DNA of 64,000 bases from Thermotoga sp. (lineage in GTDB: Bacteria; Thermotogota; Thermotogae; Thermotogales; Thermotogaceae). This document shows, in pieces, positions 1 to 9,340 of the stretch (positions are counted from its first letter, which is position 1; each line of letters starts with the position of its first letter). The position numbers were made by a program, and so were the translations under genes. The notes beneath the pieces were generated by a model. The model was not told the DNA's origin and made no database searches. It saw only the letters and a list, made by a program, of their open reading frames with translations. The DNA lies in NCBI RefSeq assembly GCF_021162145.1, contig NZ_JAGGZH010000014.1, positions 44,147 to 108,146 of the forward strand. The letters are read 5' to 3'.

Positions 1-1182
1 CGAAGGCTGGCTCAGCTCTCGGGTTCTCCATTCCTGAAAGTTGAGGCCACAAGATTCACAGAAGTAGGATACGTGGGGAAAAACGTGGACTCCATGATAA
101 GGGATCTGGTCGAGATCAGCGTCAACATGGTAAAGCAGGAGAAGATAAGAGAAGTGGAAAAACAGGCGGAAGAGTTGGTGGAAGAGAGGATACTGGACGC
201 CCTTGTTCCCGAGTCGAAAACCACACCAGTGATTACCAACCCCTTCATAAATCTAATCACAGGTGGTCAGCAGCAACAATTTACACCGGAAGACAGACGA
301 AGGTTCAGAGTAAAAAGAGAAGAAATGCGGGAGAGACTCCGAAGAGGCGAGCTGGAAGACGAAGAAATAGAGGTGGAGATCGAAGAAACGGTTTCCCCCT
401 TCATGGGTATCTTCGGACCCGGCATGGAAGATCTGGGAATAGAAATATCGAACATGTTCAGCGGAATGTTCCCGAAGAAAAAGAAAAAGAGGAGAATGAA
501 AGTTTCGGAGGCGAGGAAAGTCCTTCTTCCCATGGAAGCGGAAAAGCTCATAGACATGGACAAGGTAATCCAAGAGGCACTGGACAGAGCGCAGAACAGG
601 GGTATTATCTTCATAGATGAGATAGACAAGATAGCAGGAAAAGAGGGTGCTTCCGGTCCTGATGTCTCCAGACAGGGCGTTCAGAGAGATTTGTTGCCGA
701 TCGTTGAAGGTACCACGATCATGACGAAGTACGGACCTGTGAGGACGGACTACATTCTCTTCATAGCAGCGGGAGCTTTTCATGTCTCAAGACCATCCGA
801 CCTCATACCAGAACTCCAGGGGCGTTTTCCGATACGTGTGGAACTCTCACCACTCACCGAGGAAGACTTCGTGAGGATACTGAAAGAACCGGAGAATGCC
901 ATTATAAAACAGTATCAGGCACTCCTTTCGACGGAGGGTGTGGAACTTACTTTCACCGACGACGGCGTTAGAGAGATGGCAAGGATTGCCTACCAGCTCA
1001 ACCAGAGGCTCGAAAATATCGGTGCAAGAAGACTGTACACCGTTGCAGAGAAAGTCCTCGAGGAGGTATCCTTTGAAGCACCGGACATCCCAGAAAAAAA
1101 GGTGATCATAGACGCAGAATATGTGAGAAGAAGGCTTGAGAGAATTGTTCAGGATGAAGATCTGAGTGCTTACATACTGTGA
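1..1182 (+). CDS. hslU: ATP-dependent protease ATPase subunit HslU (5'-truncated by window edge)
   Basis: Frame 1 is open from base 1. The translation RRLAQLSGSPFLKVEATRFTEVGYVGKNVDSMIRDL continues into the listed ORF. It has the IIFIDEIDKIA Walker B, a charged I-domain insert and the C-terminal GARRL...LSAYIL motifs typical of HslU. Confidence 0.95.
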   Translation, partial: RRLAQLSGSPFLKVEATRFTEVGYVGKNVDSMIRDLVEISVNMVKQEKIREVEKQAEELVEERILDALVPESKTTPVITNPFINLITGGQQQQFTPEDRRRFRVKREEMRERLRRGELEDEEIEVEIEETVSPFMGIFGPGMEDLGIEISNMFSGMFPKKKKKRRMKVSEARKVLLPMEAEKLIDMDKVIQEALDRAQNRGIIFIDEIDKIAGKEGASGPDVSRQGVQRDLLPIVEGTTIMTKYGPVRTDYILFIAAGAFHVSRPSDLIPELQGRFPIRVELSPLTEEDFVRILKEPENAIIKQYQALLSTEGVELTFTDDGVREMARIAYQLNQRLENIGARRLYTVAEKVLEEVSFEAPDIPEKKVIIDAEYVRRRLERIVQDEDLSAYIL

Positions 1183-1193
1183 GGAGGGAAAAG

Positions 1194-1802
1194 TTGAGGG
1201 TTCTTCCTTTTCTGCTGATCCTCCTGCTCGTTACAGGCTGCAGCCTCATCGGCCCGAGCAAGGCAGATCTGTACCTTTACCTGTTCAACGTGGGAACTGA
1301 TGACACTGTGGATCTGAAAAGCATTGTGTCTGTGAACGGAAAAGAGAATACGCTGGAAAGAATTCTGGGAGAAAAAGGTGCTTATTTCACCACGGTGGAT
1401 ATACCCTTTGACACAGCGAGTCTCGTTCTCACCGTGGAAGCAACGATCGACGAAGAGATGGTCAGTTTTACGACAACCCCGATGGTGCTTTTTCATGAAA
1501 GTGCGGGACTTTCCACCTCTACAATTCTCGAAGACAACGCTTATCTTCTCTTGGATCTTGAAAACAAAAGGGCGTTCGCCGTGGAAGATCCTGTGGAAGT
1601 GTATGGGGAACTCAGCAACGAAGGAAGCGTCGTGACTTTAAGCTTCGAAGACTACGTGATGAAGGTTCCTGTTTGCGACGGAGAGTTTCTTTTCTATCTA
1701 CCTCGGCCAGATGGAAGTTATGGTGTGGATGTTTCTTTCAACAGTGAGCCAACCTCTCTCACCATAGAGGAAGGGAGGGAAAATTACGAGGTCACGTTCT
1801 AA
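1194..1802 (+). CDS. hypothetical lipoprotein
   Basis: ORF 1179..1802. The N-terminus (MRREK)LRVLPFLLILLLVTGCS has a lipobox (LVTGC). The GAGGAGGG RBS at 1181-1188 favours the TTG at 1194, and GTG 1179 is the alternative start. I recognise no family. Confidence 0.6.
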   Translation: MRVLPFLLILLLVTGCSLIGPSKADLYLYLFNVGTDDTVDLKSIVSVNGKENTLERILGEKGAYFTTVDIPFDTASLVLTVEATIDEEMVSFTTTPMVLFHESAGLSTSTILEDNAYLLLDLENKRAFAVEDPVEVYGELSNEGSVVTLSFEDYVMKVPVCDGEFLFYLPRPDGSYGVDVSFNSEPTSLTIEEGRENYEVTF

Positions 1803-1857
1803 GATAAGGCCTCGAAGAAAAAGAACGTTAAAACTGAATCTGGGGCTTCTGACACTT

Positions 1858-2085
1858 TTGTTCTTCATGATGTTCGTCTTCTTTATGAGTTATCACAACT
1901 ACCAGGTAGTGGTGGCAAAGCACCAACAACTCTTAAAAGAATACGAGACTTTGAAGGAAAAGATCGAAGAACAGCGAGATCTGAACGAAAGGCTTCTAGA
2001 GGTGATAGAGGATGAAGCGGTTCGTAGTCACAACGTCCCACAAACCAAGCAAAGATCAGGTGATACAGGCCAGAGAGCTCGCTGA
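1858..2085 (+). CDS. possible small membrane-anchored coiled-coil protein (FtsB/DivIC-like architecture); start unresolved
   Basis: A hydrophobic segment (FFMMFVFFM) is followed by a heptad-like stretch, QQLLKEYETLKEKIEEQRDLNERLLEVIED. The frame is open back to 1768 and would add RPRRKRTLKLNLGLLTLL, but there is no ATG/GTG/TTG there. The 3' end overlaps the next gene by 74 nt. Confidence 0.3.
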   Translation: MFFMMFVFFMSYHNYQVVVAKHQQLLKEYETLKEKIEEQRDLNERLLEVIEDEAVRSHNVPQTKQRSGDTGQRAR

Positions 2086-2776
2086 GAAGCTCGGAACGGA
2101 TTACATTCCAAGAAGACGCCTGAAGGAAATTGAGGTAGACTTCTATTACGTGGTGGAAAAGAGCAGACTTTCGATAAAATGGCCTGGCGGCGAGTTTTTC
2201 TTTCATCCATCCGCTGCCATCCTTCGCATGAGAAATATAAGAAACGGACAGAGAGACTACCTGATAGAGACCCTCCAGCCGGAAGGAAACGAGGTGGTTC
2301 TGGACACAACATTCGGTCTTGGAAGTGAGGCGATCCTCATGGCCGCTTTCCTTCCCAAAGGGAAAGTGATTGGTCTGGAGGGATCTGTTCACATATACAC
2401 CGTGGTGAAGTACGGTATGAAGCATTTTGAAACAGACATAAAATGGTTGAAAGAGGCTCTGAAGAGAATAGAACTCTACCACACGGATTTCAAGAGATAC
2501 GTCAAAGAACAACCCGATAACTCTTTCGACGTGGTGTATTGTGATCCCATGTTCGAGAATCCGGTGTATGCGTCTTCCGCTATGAATCCCCTCAGGCCCT
2601 TTGCAGTGTACGGCACGGTGAACGAGGATGATGTGAAAGAGATGCTCAGAATTGCCAGGAAGAAGGTCATTTTGAAGAGCCACATCAAGGACTCCCTCTT
2701 CAAAAGGATCAGTATGGACGAACTGAAGGGTTCCAGAAAAAGTGGTGTTATGTACGGGGTGATCTACAAGCAATGA
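2012..2776 (+). CDS. class I SAM-dependent methyltransferase, RsmJ-like (16S rRNA m2G methyltransferase family)
   Basis: Motifs VLDTTFGLGSEA (SAM motif I as in RsmJ) and VVYCDPMF (the RsmJ-type DPMF motif). The stop overlaps the miaA ATG (ATGA). Confidence 0.75.
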   Translation: MKRFVVTTSHKPSKDQVIQARELAEKLGTDYIPRRRLKEIEVDFYYVVEKSRLSIKWPGGEFFFHPSAAILRMRNIRNGQRDYLIETLQPEGNEVVLDTTFGLGSEAILMAAFLPKGKVIGLEGSVHIYTVVKYGMKHFETDIKWLKEALKRIELYHTDFKRYVKEQPDNSFDVVYCDPMFENPVYASSAMNPLRPFAVYGTVNEDDVKEMLRIARKKVILKSHIKDSLFKRISMDELKGSRKSGVMYGVIYKQ

Positions 2777-3690
2777 AGATAGCCATAATAGGAGGCCCCA
2801 CCGCCGTTGGGAAAACGGACCTTATGGTAGAAGTGTGTGAGGAGATAAACGCGGAGATTGTATCGATGGACTCAAGGCAAATCTACCGCTACATGGACAT
2901 AGGAACGGCCAAGCCAACACCGGAGCAGAGAGAAAGGGTACATCACCACATGATCGACATACTGGATCCCGATAAGTACTACAACGCGTTTCTTTACAGA
3001 GAAGACTCGTTGAAAACTGTGGAGGATATCCTCAGGCGTGGAAAGATACCTGTCTACGTGGGTGGGACGGGGCTTTATGCAGATGCCCTCGTGAGGGGTA
3101 TATTCGAAGGGGTGCCTGCAGACGAGAACATAAGAAAGGAACTGAGGGAGCTTGAAAAGAGAGAACCAGGGATCCTGAGGAAGATGCTCGAAGAATTCGA
3201 CCCGGAAGCGGCAACGCGCATTCATCCGAACGATCTCAAAAGGACCATCAGAGCGCTCGAGGTTTACATGAAAACGGGAAAGAGGATATCCGAGCTTCAA
3301 AAAGAGGCGAGGGGAGACGACAGGTTCTTCATAATAGTGTTGACAAGGGAAAGATACGATCTTTACGACAGGATAAACAAAAGGGTGGACAAGATGATTG
3401 AAATAGGTTTCATAGACGAGGTGAAGAAACTTCTGGAAATGGGATACTCGAAGAACCTCAATTCGATGAAGACCATAGGCTACAAAGAGGTGATCGAATA
3501 CCTGGAGGGAAAGTACGATTTCGAAAAGATGGTTCATCTTATAAAGAGGAACACGAGGCATTTTGCAAGAAGACAGATTATCTGGTTTAAGAGGTACGAA
3601 AGTGCCGTGTGGTACAATTTAACTTTCATGAACAGAGAAGAGTTAAAGAGGACTCTCAAAGAGCTGATAATGAAGAACTTTTCGGTATAA
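2773..3690 (+). CDS. miaA: tRNA dimethylallyltransferase
   Basis: P-loop IIGGPTAVGKT, then VSMDSRQIYRYMDIGTAKPT and YVGGTGLY. It lies immediately upstream of hfq, as in many bacteria. Confidence 0.95.
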   Translation: MKIAIIGGPTAVGKTDLMVEVCEEINAEIVSMDSRQIYRYMDIGTAKPTPEQRERVHHHMIDILDPDKYYNAFLYREDSLKTVEDILRRGKIPVYVGGTGLYADALVRGIFEGVPADENIRKELRELEKREPGILRKMLEEFDPEAATRIHPNDLKRTIRALEVYMKTGKRISELQKEARGDDRFFIIVLTRERYDLYDRINKRVDKMIEIGFIDEVKKLLEMGYSKNLNSMKTIGYKEVIEYLEGKYDFEKMVHLIKRNTRHFARRQIIWFKRYESAVWYNLTFMNREELKRTLKELIMKNFSV

Positions 3691-3737
3691 TCTATAATAA
3701 TCTATATTTGAATCTCACATTGAGGGGGGAGTTCACC

Positions 3738-4010
3738 TTGGCAGAAAAGTTCAACCTTCAAGACAGATTTCTGAACCACCTCAGGGTCAACAAAATCGAG
3801 GTGAAGGTATACTTGGTGAACGGTTTTCAAACAAAGGGGTTCATCAGATCTTTTGACAGCTACACGGTTCTTCTGGAGAGTGGAAACCAGCAGAGTCTCA
3901 TCTACAAACATGCCATCAGTACTATCATACCTTCATCCTATGTTATGTTGATGCCCAGAAAACAGGAACCAACGAAGGAGGCTGAAACCTCTGAAAACCA
4001 GGGATCTTGA
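3738..4010 (+). CDS. hfq: RNA chaperone Hfq
   Basis: A TTG start at 3738 follows the GAGGGGGGAG RBS. The translation (M)AEKFNLQDRFLNHLRVNKIEVKVYLVNGFQTKGFIRSFDSYTVLLESGNQQSLIYKHAISTIIP carries the Sm1/Sm2 motifs. Confidence 0.95.
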   Translation: MAEKFNLQDRFLNHLRVNKIEVKVYLVNGFQTKGFIRSFDSYTVLLESGNQQSLIYKHAISTIIPSSYVMLMPRKQEPTKEAETSENQGS

Positions 4011-4077
4011 AGGAAAAAAAGCGATCGTCGTTGCCGTTGGGAGGGACGAGGAGAGAATAAAAGAATCCCTCGAAGAA

Positions 4078-5244
4078 ATGAAAGGGTTGTGCCGCACTCT
4101 TGGAGTGGAGGTTGTCGAATGGTTGTGGCAAAAGAGAGCAAAACCTGACCCTGCCACCTACTTTGGGAAGGGAAAATTGCGGAAACTCAAAGAGATAATG
4201 AAGTTTTGTGAGGCAGATCTCGTTGTGGTAGACGATGAGATCACGCCGGTTCAGTCGAAAAACGTACGGGAATACTTGGAAATGGAAGTGCTGGATAGAA
4301 CCCAGGTGATCCTCGAGATCTTCGCACGTCATGCAACCAGCGAGGAAGGAAAGCTTCAAGTGGAGATGGCAAGTCTTCTCTACGAGTTACCAAGACTGGT
4401 TGGGAAAGGTGAGGAACTCTCGAGACTTGGTGGTGGTATTGGAACGAGGGGTCCCGGTGAACCCTTGCTCGAAGTTTTGAGAAGACACATTAAAAACCGC
4501 ATTTCACAGCTGAGAAAGAGACTGAGGGAGATAGAAAAAGAGAGGGAGATTCAAAGAAAACAGAGACTGGAAAAGAAAATTCCCCACGTGTCCATTGTAG
4601 GTTACACCAACGCGGGAAAATCCACCCTCCTCAAATCACTCACAGAGAGCGATGTCTACATTGCGGACAAGCTCTTTGCTACACTCGAACCGGTGACGAG
4701 ACGTTTGAGACTGAAAAGTGGAAGACTCATCCTGATGAGTGACACTGTGGGATTCATAAAGAAACTTCCCCACACAATTGTGAGCGCGTTCAGGGCAACT
4801 CTGGAAGAGGTGAAATACTCGGATGTTCTGGTACACCTTGTAGACGCATCCGATCCGTATGCCGAAGAGAAAATGAAGGCCTCAGAGAAAGTGCTGGAAG
4901 AGATCGGAGCAGACAGAATGCCGAGGATCCTTGCTTTCAACAAGATCGATCTTTGTCCCAGAGACAGAATAGAAATGTTGAAAAGGAAACATCCTGAGGC
5001 CCTGTTCATCTCGGCAGAGAAAAAAGCAGGACTCGATCATCTTTTGGAGAAGCTGGAGGAGATCTTGAGTCAGAGAGATGTTCAAGAGACCCTGAAAATT
5101 CCCATAGAAAAGATAGGACTGGTTTACGCCCTGAAGGATAGATTGGAGATATTGGGCGAGGACTATCGGGATGAGTACGTTCTTGTCACAGTGAAAGCCG
5201 ACAAAGAAATCCTTGAGCTGTTGAAAGGGAAGGTGGCATCTTGA
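4078..5244 (+). CDS. hflX: GTPase HflX (true start probably upstream of 4078)
   Basis: G-domain motifs [18 protein letters not shown] and FNKID. The same frame upstream encodes [22 protein letters not shown], which resembles the conserved HflX N-terminal strand. No ATG/GTG/TTG lies between the stop at 3949 and 4078. Confidence 0.9.
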   Translation: MKGLCRTLGVEVVEWLWQKRAKPDPATYFGKGKLRKLKEIMKFCEADLVVVDDEITPVQSKNVREYLEMEVLDRTQVILEIFARHATSEEGKLQVEMASLLYELPRLVGKGEELSRLGGGIGTRGPGEPLLEVLRRHIKNRISQLRKRLREIEKEREIQRKQRLEKKIPHVSIVGYTNAGKSTLLKSLTESDVYIADKLFATLEPVTRRLRLKSGRLILMSDTVGFIKKLPHTIVSAFRATLEEVKYSDVLVHLVDASDPYAEEKMKASEKVLEEIGADRMPRILAFNKIDLCPRDRIEMLKRKHPEALFISAEKKAGLDHLLEKLEEILSQRDVQETLKIPIEKIGLVYALKDRLEILGEDYRDEYVLVTVKADKEILELLKGKVAS

Positions 5245-6182
5245 AGGTGGTTTTCGTAGGGACACCGGAATTCGCAGCGGAGATCTTGAAACACATGGTG
5301 GAGAGTGGCATTAACATCGTCGGTGTCATAACACAACCAGACAAACCGAAAGGGCGTGGAAGAAAAACACTTCCCACCCCGGTTAAGGTCGCTGCGAAAA
5401 AGCTGGAGCTTCCTTGCATTCAGCCGGAGTCGATAAACAGAGAAGAATCTCTGGAGTTTCTCCGCTCTGTGAATCCGGATGTCCTGGTGGTCGCTTCCTA
5501 CGGGAAGATGCTGGGTGGGAGGGTGCTTTCGCTACCAAAACGCGGTTGCTACAACGTTCATCCCTCTCTTCTACCAAAGTACAGGGGAGCTTCTCCGATA
5601 CAGAGAGTTCTCGAAAACGGTGAAAAGAAAACAGGTGTTACCATCTACAGAATGGTGAAAGAACTCGACGCAGGTCCCATAGCTCTTCAGAGGGAAGTGG
5701 ACATAGATCCTTTTGAAACGTTCGACCAACTGGAGAAGAAGCTGATAGAGCTTTCGAAAGAGATGGTGCTCGAGTTTCTCGAAAAGCTAGAAAAGGGCAA
5801 AGTAGATCTGAAAGAACAGGATCACGTACGGGCAACCTACGCTCCTCTCATAAAGAAAGAAGACCTGGTTATCGATTTTTCAAAGGATGCCGAAATGGTG
5901 AAAAACAAGATCAGAGCATACGATTCCAAACCCGGGGCAAGGGCTTTTTTGAATGAAAAAGAAGTAAAATTATTTGGAGCGATGGCTGTAGATTGTTCGG
6001 ATGATGAACCAGGTTTGATACACTATATAGATAGAGAAGGTGCCTGGATAGGAACCGCCAGGGGAAGAGTGAAGGTAAAGTACCTGCAACTTCCCGGGAA
6101 AAGGAAACTCACTTTCTGGGAACTCAAGAACGGAAGGTTGATAGAGGAAGGTATGAAGCTGGAAGGGAGGTATGGGAGTTGA
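5241..6182 (+). CDS. fmt: methionyl-tRNA formyltransferase
   Basis: [29 protein letters not shown] and the C-terminal OB-like domain. The TTG start overlaps the hflX stop (TTGA). Confidence 0.95.
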   Translation: MKVVFVGTPEFAAEILKHMVESGINIVGVITQPDKPKGRGRKTLPTPVKVAAKKLELPCIQPESINREESLEFLRSVNPDVLVVASYGKMLGGRVLSLPKRGCYNVHPSLLPKYRGASPIQRVLENGEKKTGVTIYRMVKELDAGPIALQREVDIDPFETFDQLEKKLIELSKEMVLEFLEKLEKGKVDLKEQDHVRATYAPLIKKEDLVIDFSKDAEMVKNKIRAYDSKPGARAFLNEKEVKLFGAMAVDCSDDEPGLIHYIDREGAWIGTARGRVKVKYLQLPGKRKLTFWELKNGRLIEEGMKLEGRYGS

Positions 6183-6391
6183 GAAGATTGAATTACTTCA
6201 TGCTGAAAGGAGCAAGGACAGAAGAGGACTACAGAAAAGTAAAGAACGCCATCGAAGAGCTCGACGGAGTGTTCAAAGTAGATTACGAGATGGCGGCTGA
6301 GGTTGTTGGTGTGGATTACGATGATGAAACGATTTCCAAGGAACAGATAAAAGCGGTGGTTGACAGTTTGGGCTATACACTCATCGTGTGA
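6179..6391 (+). CDS. small HMA (heavy-metal-associated)-fold-like protein lacking the CxxC motif
   Basis: A 70-aa ORF with an HMA-like layout: NYFMLKG....[12 protein letters not shown]......[18 protein letters not shown]. The protein contains no cysteine. A GGGAGG RBS lies 9 nt upstream of TTG 6179. Confidence 0.55.
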   Translation: MRRLNYFMLKGARTEEDYRKVKNAIEELDGVFKVDYEMAAEVVGVDYDDETISKEQIKAVVDSLGYTLIV

Positions 6392-6407
6392 AAAGGAGTT
6401 GTTCAAG

Positions 6408-7577
6408 GTGAAAACACTGGAAGTGTTGAGCTTGAAGAAATATTTCCCGATCAGAAAGGGTTTTTTAGTGAAAAGAATCGTCAACTATGTGAAGGCGGTT
6501 GATGATGTTTCTTTTGCCGTAGAGAAAGGAAAGACCTTCGCCCTTGTTGGTGAGTCTGGCTGTGGAAAGACAACCACCGCAAAGACGGTGCTCCGTCTCA
6601 CAAATCCAACCGCCGGTCGTGTTATCGTCGACGGTGATGATACCACTTACTACTTCATGAACACGAAAGAGGCAATTTCTTATTTGAAGACGACCTACGT
6701 CGATATATTTCGTAAGATGAAAATTTCCCTTTCGCCCGATGAGATAATAAACACTCTGGAGGATGTTGACAAAAGGTATGCGGAGATCTTTTTCAAAAAG
6801 GCAAAAGAAGACGAGAATAGATTTTATCGAGCCCTGCTCGAAGACCTAGAGGAGAAGAGAATGAAATTCAGAAGGAAGATACAGATCGTCTTTCAGGATC
6901 CCATGAGCTCTTTGAATCCCAGGATGACGGTTGGAGACATACTGACAGAACCCATCCTCTTCCACGGTCTTGCGAAGACACGCGAAGAAGCCATTGACAT
7001 GGCAAGAGAACTTCTTCTCAGTGTCGGCCTCAAGGACTACCATCTGGAAAGGTATCCTCACCAGTTCAGCGGCGGGCAGAGACAGAGGATCGCCATCGCG
7101 AGGGCTATCTCTATAAACCCAGAAATAGTGATTCTCGACGAACCAACAGCCTCTCTGGACGTTTCCGTTCAGGCACAGGTCATAAACTTGTTTCTCAAGC
7201 TCCAGGACGAGAACGGCTTTACCTACCTCTTCATATCACACGACCTTGGACTTGTGAGATTCATAAGCCACGAAGTGGGTATCATGTACCTTGGAAGGAT
7301 CGTGGAAATGGGTGACACGGACGAAATCTTCGACAATCCCCTGCATCCTTATACCCAGGCACTGTTATCTGCTGTTCCGGTACCAGATCCAAAGGTCGAG
7401 CGCACAAGAAAACGAATCATACTCAGGGGAAGCGTACCCAGTCCCATAAACAGACCTACGGGATGCTTCTTCCATCCAAGGTGCCCTTACAAGATGCCTG
7501 TGTGCGAAAGAGAGTATCCTGTCATGAAAGAGGTCTCACCGAACCACTGGGTAGCTTGTCATTTACACTCATCATAA
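6408..7577 (+). CDS. ABC transporter ATP-binding protein, Opp/Dpp (peptide/nickel/oligosaccharide) family, with internal insertion
   Basis: GTG 6408 lies 9 nt after AAGGAG. It has Walker A GESGCGKTT, Q-loop IVFQDP..SLNPR, signature FSGGQRQR, Walker B ILDEPTASLD and the C-terminal OppD/F-type Cys-rich tail CFFHPRCPYKMPVC. Confidence 0.9.
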   Translation: MKTLEVLSLKKYFPIRKGFLVKRIVNYVKAVDDVSFAVEKGKTFALVGESGCGKTTTAKTVLRLTNPTAGRVIVDGDDTTYYFMNTKEAISYLKTTYVDIFRKMKISLSPDEIINTLEDVDKRYAEIFFKKAKEDENRFYRALLEDLEEKRMKFRRKIQIVFQDPMSSLNPRMTVGDILTEPILFHGLAKTREEAIDMARELLLSVGLKDYHLERYPHQFSGGQRQRIAIARAISINPEIVILDEPTASLDVSVQAQVINLFLKLQDENGFTYLFISHDLGLVRFISHEVGIMYLGRIVEMGDTDEIFDNPLHPYTQALLSAVPVPDPKVERTRKRIILRGSVPSPINRPTGCFFHPRCPYKMPVCEREYPVMKEVSPNHWVACHLHSS

Positions 7578-7592
7578 AGGAGGTGTGTGTAC

Positions 7593-9332
7593 ATGCGTAA
7601 ACTCTTTGGTGTTTTCGTGCTGATTTTTGCTGTTGCACTGTTTGCAAAACTTTCGCCGTTCGCTCAGTTCGAAACCTACATTGGAGCAGAAGCCACAGGA
7701 CAGTACGGGGGATTTCTCGTCGTGCCAACACTCTCCGGTCCCAGAACGTGTAACGATGTGGTAGCGCAGGAGACAAGTTCCACAGATGTTATTGGAAGAT
7801 TCATGGCTTCCATGATAGAACTCGACAACCACGCGAGGATACATCCTGCTCTTGCAGAAAGCTGGGAGCTCAAGCAAAATGAAGACGGTAGCATGGAAAT
7901 CATCTGGCATCTGAGAAAAGGGGTCAAATGGAGCGACGGAACACCGTTCACAGCAGAAGATGTGGTGTTTACAATCAACGACATATATTTCAACCCAGAT
8001 ATTCCAAACGACACACAAGACGCTTTTGGCGATAACTGGCCCGTTGCAGAAAAAATTGATGATTACACGGTAAAAACAACTCTAAAAGAACCATATAGAC
8101 TTGCCGTGAGGTACATTGGAGGAATACCCATTTTCCCAAAACACCTCGCAGAATCTTATGTGAAGGAAGGAAAGTTCAAAGAGTTCTGGACAGTTGATGC
8201 TATAAACAAGGGGGAAATCGTGGGACTCGGTCCGTTCATCCCGGTTGAATATGTACCAGATCAGTACGTAAAATTCGTGAAGAACCCCTATTATTGGAAA
8301 CACGACAAAGATGGAAAGCAGCTTCCGTACCTCGACGGTATCATCTTCAAGATCATCCCAACTCAGGATGCTCAGAGACTTGCATTCGAGAATGGAGAAG
8401 TCGACGTGTATGGCCCGCGCGGAACGGAGTACGCCGAACTCAAGGCCATGGCCCAGGAGAAAGGTTGGGTTGTTGGTGTAGGAGGTCCCAACTTCGGTAC
8501 CACCTTCATTACCTTCAACTGGAACACTCCAGATCCCGTGAAGAGAAAGTGGTTCAGAAACGAGTTTTTCAGAAGGGCAGTGGCTTACGCCATCGACAAA
8601 CAATCTATGATTGACACGCTCTACAACGGCCTCGCCGTTGAGCAGTGGGGCCCGATCAGCCAGGCGGCAACCGTCTACTACGATGAGTCCGTTCTCAGAA
8701 AGTATCCGTACAACCTCGATCTTGCAAGAACGATGCTCAAACTCGGTGGATTCAAGTGGGACGAAAACGGCCAGCTCCTTGACAGCGAAGGAAATCCAGT
8801 GAAGTTCATCATCATGACTAACGCCGGAAACCAGATCCGCGAGGGAATGGGCAACATCATAACAGAAGCGCTTAAGAAACTCGGAATGGATGTGACGTTT
8901 GCTCCTATAGACTTCAACACACTCGTTCAGAAACTCGTTGTGAACGGTGATTGGGAGGCCGTCATAATAGGACTCACGGGATCTGACGAACCACAGAGCG
9001 GAGCAAACGTGTGGAAAATAAAGGGAGCGCTTCACTTCTGGAACTACCATCCCGATGTCAAAAACTTCGTAGATCCGAACGACTATTACTTGCCCGATTG
9101 GGAAAAGGAAATCGACAGGATCTTCGAGGAGAATGTGAAAGTCCTCGACCAGCAGAAAGTTGTGGACATGTTCAGGGAGTTCCAGAGACTGGTTTCTGAA
9201 CACCTGCCGCTCATCTACACCACCCAGCAGCTATATCTGTATGCGTACAGCAACAAGCTTCACAACCTCGAACCCACCGCATTCGGTGGAATGTGGGGTT
9301 GGAACCACGATTGTATCTGGAAAGAACAGTGA
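7593..9332 (+). CDS. ABC transporter substrate-binding protein, family 5
   Basis: ATG 7593 lies 9 nt after AAGGAGG. It has a signal peptide (MRKLFGVFVLIFAVALFA) and family-5 SBP motifs (WHLRKGVKWSDGTPFTAEDVVFT). It is about 580 aa. Confidence 0.9.
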   Translation: MRKLFGVFVLIFAVALFAKLSPFAQFETYIGAEATGQYGGFLVVPTLSGPRTCNDVVAQETSSTDVIGRFMASMIELDNHARIHPALAESWELKQNEDGSMEIIWHLRKGVKWSDGTPFTAEDVVFTINDIYFNPDIPNDTQDAFGDNWPVAEKIDDYTVKTTLKEPYRLAVRYIGGIPIFPKHLAESYVKEGKFKEFWTVDAINKGEIVGLGPFIPVEYVPDQYVKFVKNPYYWKHDKDGKQLPYLDGIIFKIIPTQDAQRLAFENGEVDVYGPRGTEYAELKAMAQEKGWVVGVGGPNFGTTFITFNWNTPDPVKRKWFRNEFFRRAVAYAIDKQSMIDTLYNGLAVEQWGPISQAATVYYDESVLRKYPYNLDLARTMLKLGGFKWDENGQLLDSEGNPVKFIIMTNAGNQIREGMGNIITEALKKLGMDVTFAPIDFNTLVQKLVVNGDWEAVIIGLTGSDEPQSGANVWKIKGALHFWNYHPDVKNFVDPNDYYLPDWEKEIDRIFEENVKVLDQQKVVDMFREFQRLVSEHLPLIYTTQQLYLYAYSNKLHNLEPTAFGGMWGWNHDCIWKEQ

Positions 9333-9340
9333 TCTGTTGC

